From Candidatus Sumerlaeaceae bacterium (GTDB lineage Bacteria > Sumerlaeota > Sumerlaeia > Sumerlaeales > Sumerlaeaceae): a DNA stretch of 64,000 nt. A program made the translations under genes and the position numbers. The notes beneath the pieces were generated by a model. It was given only the letters and a program-made list of their open reading frames with translations, did no database searches and had not been told where the DNA came from. Location: positions 64,001 to 128,000 of the forward strand of contig JBPCLP010000025.1 in NCBI GenBank assembly GCA_051003195.1, given 5' to 3'. Every line of letters begins with the position of its first letter. The first letter of the stretch is position 1. Of the stretch, positions 29,811 to 39,519 are shown in pieces.

Positions 29811-31805
29811 ATGAGTGCTGCAACGCCAGATCTGCCAATTCGTATGCGGGCACGATCATTTAACTTACTGCGGTCAGATCTGCCGCTGACGGTCCTTTGC
29901 GTACTCACGATCTTACTGCCGCTCTATCGAACCAGTACGCTGGAAGATTCATTTATTACACCCAAAGTCTTCCTGTTGCAGTTTTGCATCTTTCTCGCGC
30001 TGGCAGGATGCATCGCATTTCGTCTAAGACCGCGCAATTCTCATCCGGGCAATTATGAATCGGATGATCCACAGGCGGCCCCGGGTCTTCGCATGGCTTT
30101 ATGGGTCCCCTACACGTTTTCAGCCCTTGTGGCGGTACATGCGCTCTCGATCCTGTGGGCTCGCTCCCCCGCCCTCGCAATAAATGCGACCATGTACTGG
30201 TGCAGCTTTCTTCTGCTATACTTGACCTTCGTGCTCGCGTTGCGCAGTCGCATTGCCGTGAGCCTGTTGTTTGCCTGCGGAGCAATCGCCGCTGTGTTGA
30301 CAGCGGGCTGGGTAGTGTTTGAAGACGCCACACACGGGCGTGGATTCGGGGACATTGTCGCCCGTCTGCCGGACTGGCGCGGCCATTTATCGGCGGGCCT
30401 CGGAAACAGTGGACACATTGCGGGCTACATGGGGTTGTTTTTGCCATGGCTGTTGTGGAGATTTCTGGCCAGCCCAAGCCGAACCCACCGGATACTTCTT
30501 CTTTGCGCCCTTGTTATTCTGGCGATGGCGTTCATCGTGACATGGTCCGTCGGTTCGAGCGCAGCAACTTTAGTGAGCCTCGCCATTTGGACTCTTGTTG
30601 CATGGCGTGCCAGAGCGCTAGACTCTATCTCGTTAAGGCGATGTCTGTGGCTCATCGTACCAGTCGCTGCCGCCTGTGCATTCTATCTGCTGCCCCATCC
30701 GCTCAATCCGCATTCACCGTCGCTTATGAAAGAAGCGTTCGGCAGCCAGCGCTGGGCAGAGGGCTGGCCGACACGCGTAGTAATATGGAAGACGACCATC
30801 CACATGATCGAGCACTCTTTTCCGCTCGGCATCGGCGCTGGAAGCTTCACGCTGGAATACGTCCGCCAGGTAGTCCCGTCGGTTGTCTCAGAACCCGCAT
30901 TGCGGGTCTACGCGGGGGCTTTTACGAATGACGCACACAACGAATACCTTCAGATCGCCTGCGAGACAGGCATTGCGGGTCTGCTGTTCTTCTCCACGTT
31001 AATTATTTCATTTTTCGCAGCCGCTGCGCATCGTATCCGGACCACAACGAGCACCGAGAGTAAATGGTTGCTGATTTGCGCTGGATCAGGCGTAACCGTT
31101 TTCCTGCTCGATTCGATCATGACGTTCCCGATTCGCTTGCCCGCACACTTTGCCGCCTTCACATTCTTTCTCGCTGTACCTGCAGTACTTGCGGAGCCCG
31201 CTGGAGCCGATCTTAAGAATCACCGCGCCAGGGCCATTCGCTTTCGGTTCGGCGCCCCGCTTCTTGTGTTGCTGGTGCTTGCTTGCCTTGGGTGGCAATT
31301 TCGGCGGGTTGCTGCAGAATATCACCTGAAACTCGGCCGTACGACCGTAGAGAATTCACCATTCGTAGTCCAGGGACGCGTGATTCCTTTATGGTCGCTG
31401 GGGGATTCACTCATGCGCGAAGCTTTGATGCACCTGGCAGAAGGCAACAGGGAACAGATGGCTGCGAACCTTCGACAGGCGCAGCACGCTATGCAAGGCG
31501 ATGCTGTAACGGTCGCGGAGCAACAGTTCCGTAAATCGCTTTCGTCTGATCCGCATTACTCCAATGCATCGAGTCGGCTTGGGGCGCTTCTGCTGATGAA
31601 AGGCCAGTATGTTAAGTCGGCGGACATCACCAAAACAACGCTCAAAGATCTGGAGAGTTCAGAAATCCACGAGCGACTTGGTTTTGCAGAGTTTCTGCAG
31701 CAGAACTGGCCGGCTGCGCGGCAGGCGTGGACGACCTGCAAATTACGCCGGCCAGTCCAGGCGCCTTTCTACGACGCACTGATCCGCCAGATTCCCCCCG
31801 AATGA
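29811..31805 (+). CDS. O-antigen ligase/O-oligosaccharyltransferase (Wzy_C) family protein with C-terminal TPR
   Basis: Multi-TM protein; LGNSGH, R..IW, PLGIGAGSF, AHNEYLQIACETGIAG; TPR-like C-terminus; start uncertain. Confidence 0.85.
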   Translation: MSAATPDLPIRMRARSFNLLRSDLPLTVLCVLTILLPLYRTSTLEDSFITPKVFLLQFCIFLALAGCIAFRLRPRNSHPGNYESDDPQAAPGLRMALWVPYTFSALVAVHALSILWARSPALAINATMYWCSFLLLYLTFVLALRSRIAVSLLFACGAIAAVLTAGWVVFEDATHGRGFGDIVARLPDWRGHLSAGLGNSGHIAGYMGLFLPWLLWRFLASPSRTHRILLLCALVILAMAFIVTWSVGSSAATLVSLAIWTLVAWRARALDSISLRRCLWLIVPVAAACAFYLLPHPLNPHSPSLMKEAFGSQRWAEGWPTRVVIWKTTIHMIEHSFPLGIGAGSFTLEYVRQVVPSVVSEPALRVYAGAFTNDAHNEYLQIACETGIAGLLFFSTLIISFFAAAAHRIRTTTSTESKWLLICAGSGVTVFLLDSIMTFPIRLPAHFAAFTFFLAVPAVLAEPAGADLKNHRARAIRFRFGAPLLVLLVLACLGWQFRRVAAEYHLKLGRTTVENSPFVVQGRVIPLWSLGDSLMREALMHLAEGNREQMAANLRQAQHAMQGDAVTVAEQQFRKSLSSDPHYSNASSRLGALLLMKGQYVKSADITKTTLKDLESSEIHERLGFAEFLQQNWPAARQAWTTCKLRRPVQAPFYDALIRQIPPE

Positions 31806-33415
31806 AAATTACGATGGGTCGCTTCGACTGGCGTTCCGAGCGCTTTCTGCTGTTCCTGATTCTGCTGCTTGCCGCAATTCTGAGACTAGTGCGTCTGGAT
31901 GCACTGCCGCCTGCGATGTTCCGCGACGAAGCCGAAAAGGCATACAACGCTTATAGCATCCTAAAGACTGGTCGCGACATCGATGGTCGGCTGCTGCCGA
32001 TCTTTATCCACGTGTTCGGCGTCACAACGTCAGCGATCTACCAGTATGCAGCGATACCGTTTATAGCTGCGCTCGGATTAAACGAGTGGAGCGCTCGACT
32101 CCCCGCCGCCGCTGCAGGAATCGCTACAATCGGTTTCACCTTTCTTGTGATGCGTATTTTACGCGGAAGCAGGACCGCGCTGTGGGCCGCCTTCCTGCTG
32201 GCCCTTTCGCCCTGGCATATCGTCTTCAGCCGATGGGCACAACAGGGTATCTTTGTGCCTCTTTTGCTCTCGATAGGAGCGTACGGGCTCGCTCGCTATA
32301 CCTCACGCGCGAATCCGCGAAAGTCCGACATGACCCTGCTACTCATCGGAACTGCCTCGATGGGTTTCGCAACCTACGTCTACGATGTCGCACGGCTTTT
32401 CGTACCGCTGTTATTACTCGTCGCGCTGATTACTTACTGGAGACAATTATCGCGTGCTCCATTGCTGCTCGGCGGAACGGTGGTGGCATGCCTCATCGGC
32501 GCGCTTCCCACTTTGTACCTCCTCTTTTTTCAGAGCGGCTCTGCACACGCGCGATTCGGATTCGTTTCGATTTTACAGCCTGGAATCGGCGCGGTGGAGA
32601 TTGTTCGCGTCTTCTTCATGAACTATGTCGCACACTGGTCGCCGCAGTTCCTGCTGCTGCACGGTGATTCCGAGCTGCGCCACGGTCCGCAAATCGGCGT
32701 CCTCACATTGCTTGAAATACTGGGCCTCGTCGCGGGCGGGGTCGTACTTCTCCGCGATCGGAGCCGCGCCAACTGGTTTTGGATTGGCTGGCTGCTGCTC
32801 TTTCCGGTCGCCGCAAGCCTCACGCGCATCGGCATTCCCCATGCCTTGCGATGCATCGTTGCGCTCCCCGCCCTGCAGATCGTCGCCGCGATCGGGCTCG
32901 AGACGTGTACGCAGCACATCCGCATCGAAAGACGTCGCGCGTTTCAGCAGCTGCTCGTGCTCCTCGCGTTCCTCACCTTTGTGCCGTTTGGATTGCGCTA
33001 TTACTCGCATCAGTATGCCCTGGCTTCTGCATTCAACTGGCAGTACGGCCTGAAGGAATCGCTCAAGCTGTGCAATGAAGGTGAACTTCGCGACGCGCGG
33101 GTTTACATGCACAACATCGTCGGCGCGGAGTACCTCGTCCCGTTCTATCTGGGTGCGGACCCCAACGCGGTGCAATCCGTCAGGCGCACTTCGTCGGCGC
33201 ACTTCGGGCGATTTGTATATCTCCCATTCCAACAGGAAGACCGGTTACTGCAAGTTTCAGACGATTTGCCTGCTGCCTACATTACTCCGCCGGGTAGATA
33301 CAGCTGGCCCCGCGGCTGGCGGCCGTTGGCTATTTTTCCTGCGCACGACGAGAACTACCCACCCGTACTCTATGTTTACCTGAACCCTGCACTGCGCGCG
33401 AAGCTGGAGAAATGA
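31802..33415 (+). CDS. GT-C fold (ArnT/GT39-like) glycosyltransferase
   Basis: PP.MFRDEA..AYNAYSILKTGRD, GLNEWSARLP, SPWHIVFSR; ATGA overlaps at both ends. Confidence 0.85.
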   Translation: MKITMGRFDWRSERFLLFLILLLAAILRLVRLDALPPAMFRDEAEKAYNAYSILKTGRDIDGRLLPIFIHVFGVTTSAIYQYAAIPFIAALGLNEWSARLPAAAAGIATIGFTFLVMRILRGSRTALWAAFLLALSPWHIVFSRWAQQGIFVPLLLSIGAYGLARYTSRANPRKSDMTLLLIGTASMGFATYVYDVARLFVPLLLLVALITYWRQLSRAPLLLGGTVVACLIGALPTLYLLFFQSGSAHARFGFVSILQPGIGAVEIVRVFFMNYVAHWSPQFLLLHGDSELRHGPQIGVLTLLEILGLVAGGVVLLRDRSRANWFWIGWLLLFPVAASLTRIGIPHALRCIVALPALQIVAAIGLETCTQHIRIERRRAFQQLLVLLAFLTFVPFGLRYYSHQYALASAFNWQYGLKESLKLCNEGELRDARVYMHNIVGAEYLVPFYLGADPNAVQSVRRTSSAHFGRFVYLPFQQEDRLLQVSDDLPAAYITPPGRYSWPRGWRPLAIFPAHDENYPPVLYVYLNPALRAKLEK

Positions 33416-34098
33416 CCAGGACACCCAAAGCTCTCATGGGCCACAAAAGCGCTCATCTGCATCCCACTCCCCCGCCGGATCTTTCTCTTCGATTTCCACA
33501 GGCCTTCTACGAACGGTCGACGCTGCAGGTGTGCAGAGATCTGCTCGGAGCTTACCTCGTCCACAACACTACTGCCGGCCCTGTCGGTGGACGCGTTGTC
33601 GAAGCCGAAGCGTACCTGGGTCCGGCCGACCAGGGGGCGCATTCCGCGGCCGGGCGCAGAACGCAGCGCAACGAAGTGATGTACGGCGCGCGTGGCAGAG
33701 CGTATGTTTTCATCATCTACGGCATGTACTGGTGCTTCAACGTGGTCACCGGTGCAGGCCAGCGCCCGCAGGCTATTCTCATCCGCGCGCTCGAACCATC
33801 ACTGGGGATTGATCTCATGAAAGATAACCTGAGCGCGCCGGCACACGTGGCGCTATCAACTTTGTGTCGCGGACCCGGAAAACTCTGCAAGGCGCTGGGA
33901 ATCACACGAGACTATAACAGCGAGGATCTCTCCGGCAATCGGCTGTTTCTGGTTCCCGGGAAGCGGCTGCCCGCGGCTCTCGTTGGCCGCTCGCCACGCA
34001 TCAACATCGATTACGCAGGCGACTGGATCGACAAGCCCTGGCGCATGTACGAACGCGGCAACCCATGCGTAAGCGGCCCTCCGCGGTTACGTGTTTGA
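33412..34098 (+). CDS. mpg: DNA-3-methyladenine glycosylase (MPG/AAG family)
   Basis: VEAEAYLG, AYVFIIYGMYWCFNVV, ILIRALEP, GPGKLCKALGI, SPRINI, PWR. Confidence 0.93.
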   Translation: MTRTPKALMGHKSAHLHPTPPPDLSLRFPQAFYERSTLQVCRDLLGAYLVHNTTAGPVGGRVVEAEAYLGPADQGAHSAAGRRTQRNEVMYGARGRAYVFIIYGMYWCFNVVTGAGQRPQAILIRALEPSLGIDLMKDNLSAPAHVALSTLCRGPGKLCKALGITRDYNSEDLSGNRLFLVPGKRLPAALVGRSPRINIDYAGDWIDKPWRMYERGNPCVSGPPRLRV

Positions 34099-35115
34099 CG
34101 CGCGTGCCTGGTGCAGCATGTGCAAATGCAGCAGTCCGCCCAGCAGCGAGAGTATCGCAATGTAGCTGAACTGAATCAGCGAGATTCCGACCGCTGCTTC
34201 AGGCGCTACTGCACTGCTCGCCAGTAGCAGTACGTAGCCGGCTTCACGCAGTCCGATGCCATTAAAGCTGATCGGCAGCATTGCGGCCAGCGTTACCATG
34301 GGAACCGCTATCAGGAACGGATGAAACGGCAACTGTAGCCCCAGCGCACGCGAGGCAATATAGACCAGGGTACTGTCGATCACCTGCGTGAGAACCGAAA
34401 GAAGGAGTGGCACCGACCAGTAACTGCGATAGTACCGTATCTCCTCGTGCAACGTATGCAGCGCACCCAGCAGCCGGCCGCGCCAGCCTACATGCACGTG
34501 ATCGGGCCCTTGCGCCGTTTTCCATATCAGCTTATAGAGCGGTTCGGAAACAAGTGCCAGGTTGATTGCGACATACCCTGCGGTTGCCATGGCAAACCAT
34601 ACGGCCGGAAACGACAACAGGTAAGGCAGTTCGTATCTACCTGCCACGGGTGGAATGCGTTCCGGCCAGATCCAGCTCGCCAGGTTTGCAACAATCAGCA
34701 ACCCCGCAAGTCCTGTATTGCGCTGCATAAAGACACTCGCAGCCGCACGCATCGAGCCGCCAACACGTTCGGCCACAAACACCGTGCGCGCTACGTCACC
34801 ACCCAGGGAACCCGGCAGGAAGTTGTTATAAAACATTCCGATCAGCGAAATCCGCACAGACTCGCGCAGCCGCAGCCGCTCTCCCAGGTGCGCCAGCAGT
34901 AGCTTCCATTTGTACGCTGTCAGGGTTTCGCCAATGATCGCAATGGCTAACCCGAAAAGCAGCAGCGGCACCGATGCGTTGCGAAGCTTCTCCACCGTCT
35001 TGTGGAAGTCCGCAAAAATGCGAAACACCACGATCAGCAGTCCCGCTGCCAACAGAATGCGTATCAGCAGGACTGTGCGCGAACGAAGCGATTGACTGCT
35101 GCTGGTCATGAACAC
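34087..35115 (-). CDS. Lysylphosphatidylglycerol synthase TM-domain/flippase-like protein (UPF0104)
   Basis: KW..LL, IGMFYNNFLPGSLGGDVAR, LPISFNGIGLRE. Confidence 0.85.
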   Translation of the reverse strand: MFMTSSSQSLRSRTVLLIRILLAAGLLIVVFRIFADFHKTVEKLRNASVPLLLFGLAIAIIGETLTAYKWKLLLAHLGERLRLRESVRISLIGMFYNNFLPGSLGGDVARTVFVAERVGGSMRAAASVFMQRNTGLAGLLIVANLASWIWPERIPPVAGRYELPYLLSFPAVWFAMATAGYVAINLALVSEPLYKLIWKTAQGPDHVHVGWRGRLLGALHTLHEEIRYYRSYWSVPLLLSVLTQVIDSTLVYIASRALGLQLPFHPFLIAVPMVTLAAMLPISFNGIGLREAGYVLLLASSAVAPEAAVGISLIQFSYIAILSLLGGLLHLHMLHQARASNT

Positions 35116-35209
35116 AGCGTTCCCGCGCGAATCCAGAGCGCAATCTCTTTGCTTGCAGCCCGCTCACGCGCTTTCAACTTCGCATCCGTAAGCCAAAGCG
35201 GAGAACTTG

Positions 35210-36031
35210 ATGAAACTTGGAATAGTTGGCAGCACCACGATGGCGGACTTCTGGCGCGCGGCCGCGATGGCAGCAGATGCACGTGCAGATATTAAGTACT
35301 ACGAGTCTGACGTGCCTGGTGCAGATCTCGCAATCGCCGACTGCGAAGTGGTGTGGATTCCAGCTTCCTCGATGGCTGTGAACCACGGGGCGGGCAGAGT
35401 GCTATACAACCCCGCCGCTGACCCGGAACACAAAATAACCAACGGCAGTCCGAGCTTTCCACTGCGCCATCGGTCCGAGATTCGACACCTGAAGCAAGTG
35501 TTGGAAGGCGGAAAGCTGGGCCAGGTCGGCACCGTGCGACTCAGCCTGTGCCGCAGCGCCTCCGCTCCGGGCCCGCTTTGCTATAGCGAGTTCTCTCCGG
35601 TCGCAGGCGCACTGCAGCAACTCGGGGGGCATGGGTTTGATGCAATCCACTGGTGCTTTGGTAATATCGAGCGCGTGCACGCCGTCGAAAGCAGCGAATC
35701 CACAAATGCCGCGCAGTATGCGCTGCTCGTGGCGCGACTCGATAGCGGCGCCATTGCGCATCTGGAGCTTTCCTTCGCCGAGCCTGCAGGTGGTGACTAC
35801 CTCTATTATGAAATCGCAGCGAAAAACGGCATCGTTGAATACGACTCCCGCAAAGAGCCCACCCTGGAGCTTGTCGCAAAAACTTCCGCCGCCCCAGCTA
35901 CGTCCCCACCGCCCGAACTCGTCGCCGAACTCCGCGCATTTCTCAGGAACGAGACTGCGAATTTCCCAACTCATGCAGACGCCGCCGCAGCAAGCCAGCT
36001 AGTAAAAGCCAGCCGGGCCAGCGTTATCTAG
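35210..36031 (+). CDS. Divergent Gfo/Idh/MocA family oxidoreductase-like protein
   Basis: MKLGIVG start; GKLGQV; GAL..LG.HGFDAIHWCFG; N-terminal domain appears shortened and lacks EKP. Confidence 0.6.
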   Translation: MKLGIVGSTTMADFWRAAAMAADARADIKYYESDVPGADLAIADCEVVWIPASSMAVNHGAGRVLYNPAADPEHKITNGSPSFPLRHRSEIRHLKQVLEGGKLGQVGTVRLSLCRSASAPGPLCYSEFSPVAGALQQLGGHGFDAIHWCFGNIERVHAVESSESTNAAQYALLVARLDSGAIAHLELSFAEPAGGDYLYYEIAAKNGIVEYDSRKEPTLELVAKTSAAPATSPPPELVAELRAFLRNETANFPTHADAAAASQLVKASRASVI

Positions 36032-36129
36032 TGTGCCGAATCAGTAGTTCCTTACCAGGCCAAAGGGCAGACTTGAGAGCTCGATTCGGCACACAGAACT
36101 GGTTACGAATTAATGGTAGACCACGCTAG
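36028..36129 (-). mobile_element. ~100-bp MITE/REP-like element, copy 2 (inverted relative to copy 1)
   Basis: CTAG at both ends; stem GTGTGCCGAATC/GATTCGGCACAC; reverse complement nearly identical to 44512-44597. Confidence 0.8.
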
Positions 36130-36575
36130 CCTGAATTGTCAGGGAAGCATCGACTCTGGAATTGGCTGTGGCATCGGCTGTATCGTAATTTATGAATCCG
36201 CAGAGTGAATGGGTCATCGACAGCGATGCGCTTGCTCGAGTCCATGACCTCGTCCGGCGCCAACGCTTACGTTGCCTCTGGTTCACGCGCGAATCTGCCT
36301 GAAGATCTGCCCTCTTGCTTGCGAACACTCGACCAGATCGAGACGAATGGCGACCGAAACGCATACGTGGAGGCGCGCAAACTAAAGCAGTGGCTCTTAC
36401 AATTAGCCAGCGGGACATCTGCCGCCTAATATCCCAAAACCGAAAGTCGCAGAACGAAGCCTACATCGCTATTCGCGGAGCATTTCCAATGATAGGTTCT
36501 GATGCTGACAATTAGATCGCAGCAGTAACTCGTAACACTTGTTCGAAATTGCCGGCCATCAAGACGCCTGCCCCA

Positions 36576-36627
36576 TAAAACAAAACCGCCCCGGGCTGTT
36601 CGCGCAGCACCGGGGCGGTTGGTTTTT
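36576..36627. terminator. Intrinsic terminator, probably bidirectional, downstream of rny
   Basis: AACCGCCCCGG...CCGGGGCGGTT stem with A-rich left flank and T-rich right flank. Confidence 0.75.
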
Positions 36628-36636
36628 CAGGAGGTT

Positions 36637-36668
36637 TACTTTTCTACTCTTCCACTTTTGTACTTTTC
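36637..36668 (+). repeat. Octamer tandem repeat (YACTYTTS)x4
   Basis: TACTTTTC TACTCTTC CACTTTTG TACTTTTC between the rny stop and the terminator. Confidence 0.65.
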
Positions 36669-36755
36669 TGCTTCAGCTCTCGTGAGTTTTGCTTTCTTGG
36701 TTTTGGCTGCTGTTTGCCTCAGCAGTTCATTCCAGCGAGGGCGGCTTCCCGGCCT

Positions 36756-38327
36756 CTATTTAGCATATTCGACGATTCGTTTCTCTCTCAGAACCGTGAC
36801 TTTGATTTGTCCCGGGTACTCCAGTTCGTCCTCAATGCGCTTCGTAACTTCGCGCGCCAGGACAGCTGCTTCGTTGTCGTTGATGCGTTCTGGTTCGACC
36901 ATAATTCGAACCTCTCGCCCTGCCTGCAGTGCGTAGGATTTCTCCACGCCTGCAAAGCTGCTGGCGATTTCTTCCAGCTTTTCGAGCCGCTTCACATAGC
37001 TCTCAAGGCTTTCGCGTCTCGCACCCGGCCGCGATGCTGAAATTGCATCCGCTGCCTGTACCAGGATGGCCACCAGCGTGCGAGGCTCTTCCTCATTGTG
37101 ATGCGCTGCAATGGCGTGTACGACCGGTGCGCTCTCACCGTACTTGCGGCAAAGCTCCGCACCAATCAAGGCGTGCGTCCCCTGCATCTCGTGACTGACT
37201 GCCTTACCAAGGTCATGCAGCAGTCCGGCCCGCCTGGCTACCGTTGCATCGGCTCCAAGTTCCGCGGCCATCGAGGCGCAAAGGTGTGCAACCTCCTGCA
37301 CATGCAGCAGGATGTTCTGCCCGTAAGACGTGCGGAACTTCAAGCGGCCGAGCAATTTGATCAGCTCGGGGTGCAGGTCGTGGATGCCCAGGTCGAATGC
37401 AACCTGTTCGCCCTCCTGGCGCAGGTGCTCCAGCAACTCGCGCTCGGTCTTCTTTACTACTTCTTCGATGCGGGCGGGATGAATGCGTCCGTCCGCCAGT
37501 AGCTTTTCGAGCGAGAGCCTGGCAATCTCTCTGCGCAGCGGGTCGAAACAGGAAAGCACTACGGCCTCAGGTGTATCGTCCACGATCAGATTTACGCCGG
37601 TAGCAGCCTCCAGGGCACGAATATTACGTCCTTCGCGCCCGATGATGCGTCCTTTAACGTCTTCCGAGGGCAACGTCAGCACCGAACACGTCGACTCAGA
37701 TACCTGCTCGGAAGAGCACTTCTGAATGGCCAGCGTGATGATTTGTCGCGCCTTCTTGGCTGCCGTTTCACGAGTTTCGTTTTCAACCCGGCGAATGATT
37801 CCGGCGCTTTCCTGCCGGACCTCAGTCTCCAGGCTTTCAAGCAGAACCCGTTTAGCCTCGTCCACCGTCATGCCGCAGATCTCCTCGGCCTTCCGGCGGG
37901 TTTCGCCAATCGCCTGCTCCAGGTCTCCTTCGCGTTTGTCGAAGGCGGCCTTTCTGTCATCCAGCGCGGTTTCCTTATCCATCAGTTGACGCTCGCGCCG
38001 TTCGTACTGCTCGATCTTGTTGTCGAGAACCCGCTCCTTGTTCTTGAGACGGTTCTCAATCCGCTCGACCTCGACACGGCGACGCTGGTTATCCTTCTCG
38101 AACACGCGCGTGCGTTGAAGGATTTCCTCCTTCACCTGCAACTCGGCGGACTTGCGGATCGTCTCGGCGTCCAGTTCGGCTTTCGCCTTTACGTCCAGCG
38201 CCGCTCGCTCCGCATTACTTACTCGTGTCCCCATCCGCTTCTGTAAAAACCAGAACAAAGCCCAGACGCACACCGCCAGTATGACGACGTTCGCCAGGAC
38301 CACGGATAGTATCCAATAATTATCCAT
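36756..38327 (-). CDS. rny: Ribonuclease Y
   Basis: N-terminal TM, coiled coil, KH domain ([13 protein letters not shown]), HD domain (LLHDLGKA), [22 protein letters not shown]. Confidence 0.98.
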   Translation of the reverse strand: MDNYWILSVVLANVVILAVCVWALFWFLQKRMGTRVSNAERAALDVKAKAELDAETIRKSAELQVKEEILQRTRVFEKDNQRRRVEVERIENRLKNKERVLDNKIEQYERRERQLMDKETALDDRKAAFDKREGDLEQAIGETRRKAEEICGMTVDEAKRVLLESLETEVRQESAGIIRRVENETRETAAKKARQIITLAIQKCSSEQVSESTCSVLTLPSEDVKGRIIGREGRNIRALEAATGVNLIVDDTPEAVVLSCFDPLRREIARLSLEKLLADGRIHPARIEEVVKKTERELLEHLRQEGEQVAFDLGIHDLHPELIKLLGRLKFRTSYGQNILLHVQEVAHLCASMAAELGADATVARRAGLLHDLGKAVSHEMQGTHALIGAELCRKYGESAPVVHAIAAHHNEEEPRTLVAILVQAADAISASRPGARRESLESYVKRLEKLEEIASSFAGVEKSYALQAGREVRIMVEPERINDNEAAVLAREVTKRIEDELEYPGQIKVTVLREKRIVEYAK

Positions 38328-38371
38328 GGAAAGCTTTCTACCTCCATATTGTCAAAGAACACTGACCTGCT

Positions 38372-38516
38372 GCATCGGTCTAAGCGACTTACCCCGAAAC
38401 ACCAGGTAATGAACGCCTGGGTAGCCTGCGGCAATTTTCTGCCCGTCAAACCCCCACAGCTTGAACCATTGGTCTCTACAACCGGGTAATTGCAGTCAAA
38501 TCAAAAGAACCGCCAA
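38372..38516 (-). ncRNA. ssrS: Probable 6S RNA
   Basis: Hand-folding of the minus strand gives a long rod with a ~13/13-nt central bubble between GAGACCA/TGGTGTTTC and TGGG/CCCA; lies between the 5-formyl-THF cyclo-ligase gene and rny. Confidence 0.6.
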
Positions 38517-38901
38517 TTTCACCACTTTTCCACAGTCGACGACCAGTTTTGTCTAAATCCGGCTTTCTCGTCCCATGGCATGGATGAATCTGGCGCTGAT
38601 GCGTCTGGATTCCAGGCGTAGTTCACGGCGAGCACAGGTGCGGCAAGGATCTCGATTTCCCGCATGTAATCGGTGCCGCGTTCAAAAAAGTTCCAAGTTG
38701 TCGCACATAAGCCCTTTAACTTCAGCGCGTTTGCTGCGCGTGCGTGACCGTAGATATTACGGGCGACTGTGTGGTCCCATCTTTGAGACGTAACACGTCT
38801 GCACGCGACACACCGCAAGCGCAGCACATCGCAAGCAACCACGCGGACAAAATGCTGCGAATCAACGCGGGCTGCATCTTACACTGTCCCAAAGTCAAAG
38901 G

Positions 38902-39483
38902 TCACCGGCGGCTTGCCGCGGCAGTCACCGACGTTTCCGTTACGAGCACTTCCACGGGAATATCCCAGTCCTCGTGCGGAACATGATCAATTACCTGGAA
39001 ATCAAAAGAAAGCCCAACCGACGACGAAAGGGCAGGCGCGACAGCCAACAGGCGATCGAAGTAACCACTGCCAAAACCGACACGATAACCGTGTTTATCC
39101 CAGACAATCCCCGGCACAACAAACAGGTCGACCTGCGATATGTCTGGGTGCGCAAGCGGCTCCAGGCGAAACCCGCTGCCTTCAGCAATCACCTGCTCCA
39201 CTGTTTCCTGCGGCCGCAGTGTGGCTGCCGGGCCCGGGGCCAGAACCGTCTTACCGCTTCGCAGCAGGCTCAGGATGAGCTCGCGCGTCTCTACCTCGCC
39301 AGGAAATGCGACGTAAGAATAAACGCATTTCGCGCGTGCCACCTGATCCAGGGCAAGTACGGCATTCGTAATCAGCGCGCACTTCCGGTCGCGTTCCTCG
39401 CGTGACTGTTGCGACCGCAGCTCCCGATACTTCGCGCGCAATTGAGCTTTTATCGCGGCATCATCTTTTCCGGTGACCGGCAC
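38902..39483 (-). CDS. 5-formyltetrahydrofolate cyclo-ligase
   Basis: K..LR, EVET, DLFVVPG, GYRVGFGSGYFDRLL, WDIPV..LVTE. Confidence 0.93.
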   Translation of the reverse strand: MPVTGKDDAAIKAQLRAKYRELRSQQSREERDRKCALITNAVLALDQVARAKCVYSYVAFPGEVETRELILSLLRSGKTVLAPGPAATLRPQETVEQVIAEGSGFRLEPLAHPDISQVDLFVVPGIVWDKHGYRVGFGSGYFDRLLAVAPALSSSVGLSFDFQVIDHVPHEDWDIPVEVLVTETSVTAAASRR

Positions 39484-39519
39484 TAGAGACAGCCGTTCAT
39501 CGGCCTATATCCACATGGC

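Noticed and set aside
36205..36429. 74-aa ORF after element copy 2
   Set aside because: No clear RBS or recognisable motif; cannot be supported
38376..38384. GGTCTAAG, reminiscent of a c-di-GMP-I riboswitch
   Set aside because: Wrong strand relative to rny, no GGCAAA/GCAAA elements, and better explained as part of the 6S-like stem
38519..38842. 107-aa ORF between the cyclo-ligase gene and the 6S candidate
   Set aside because: No motif, RBS or protein-like signal; treated as intergenic
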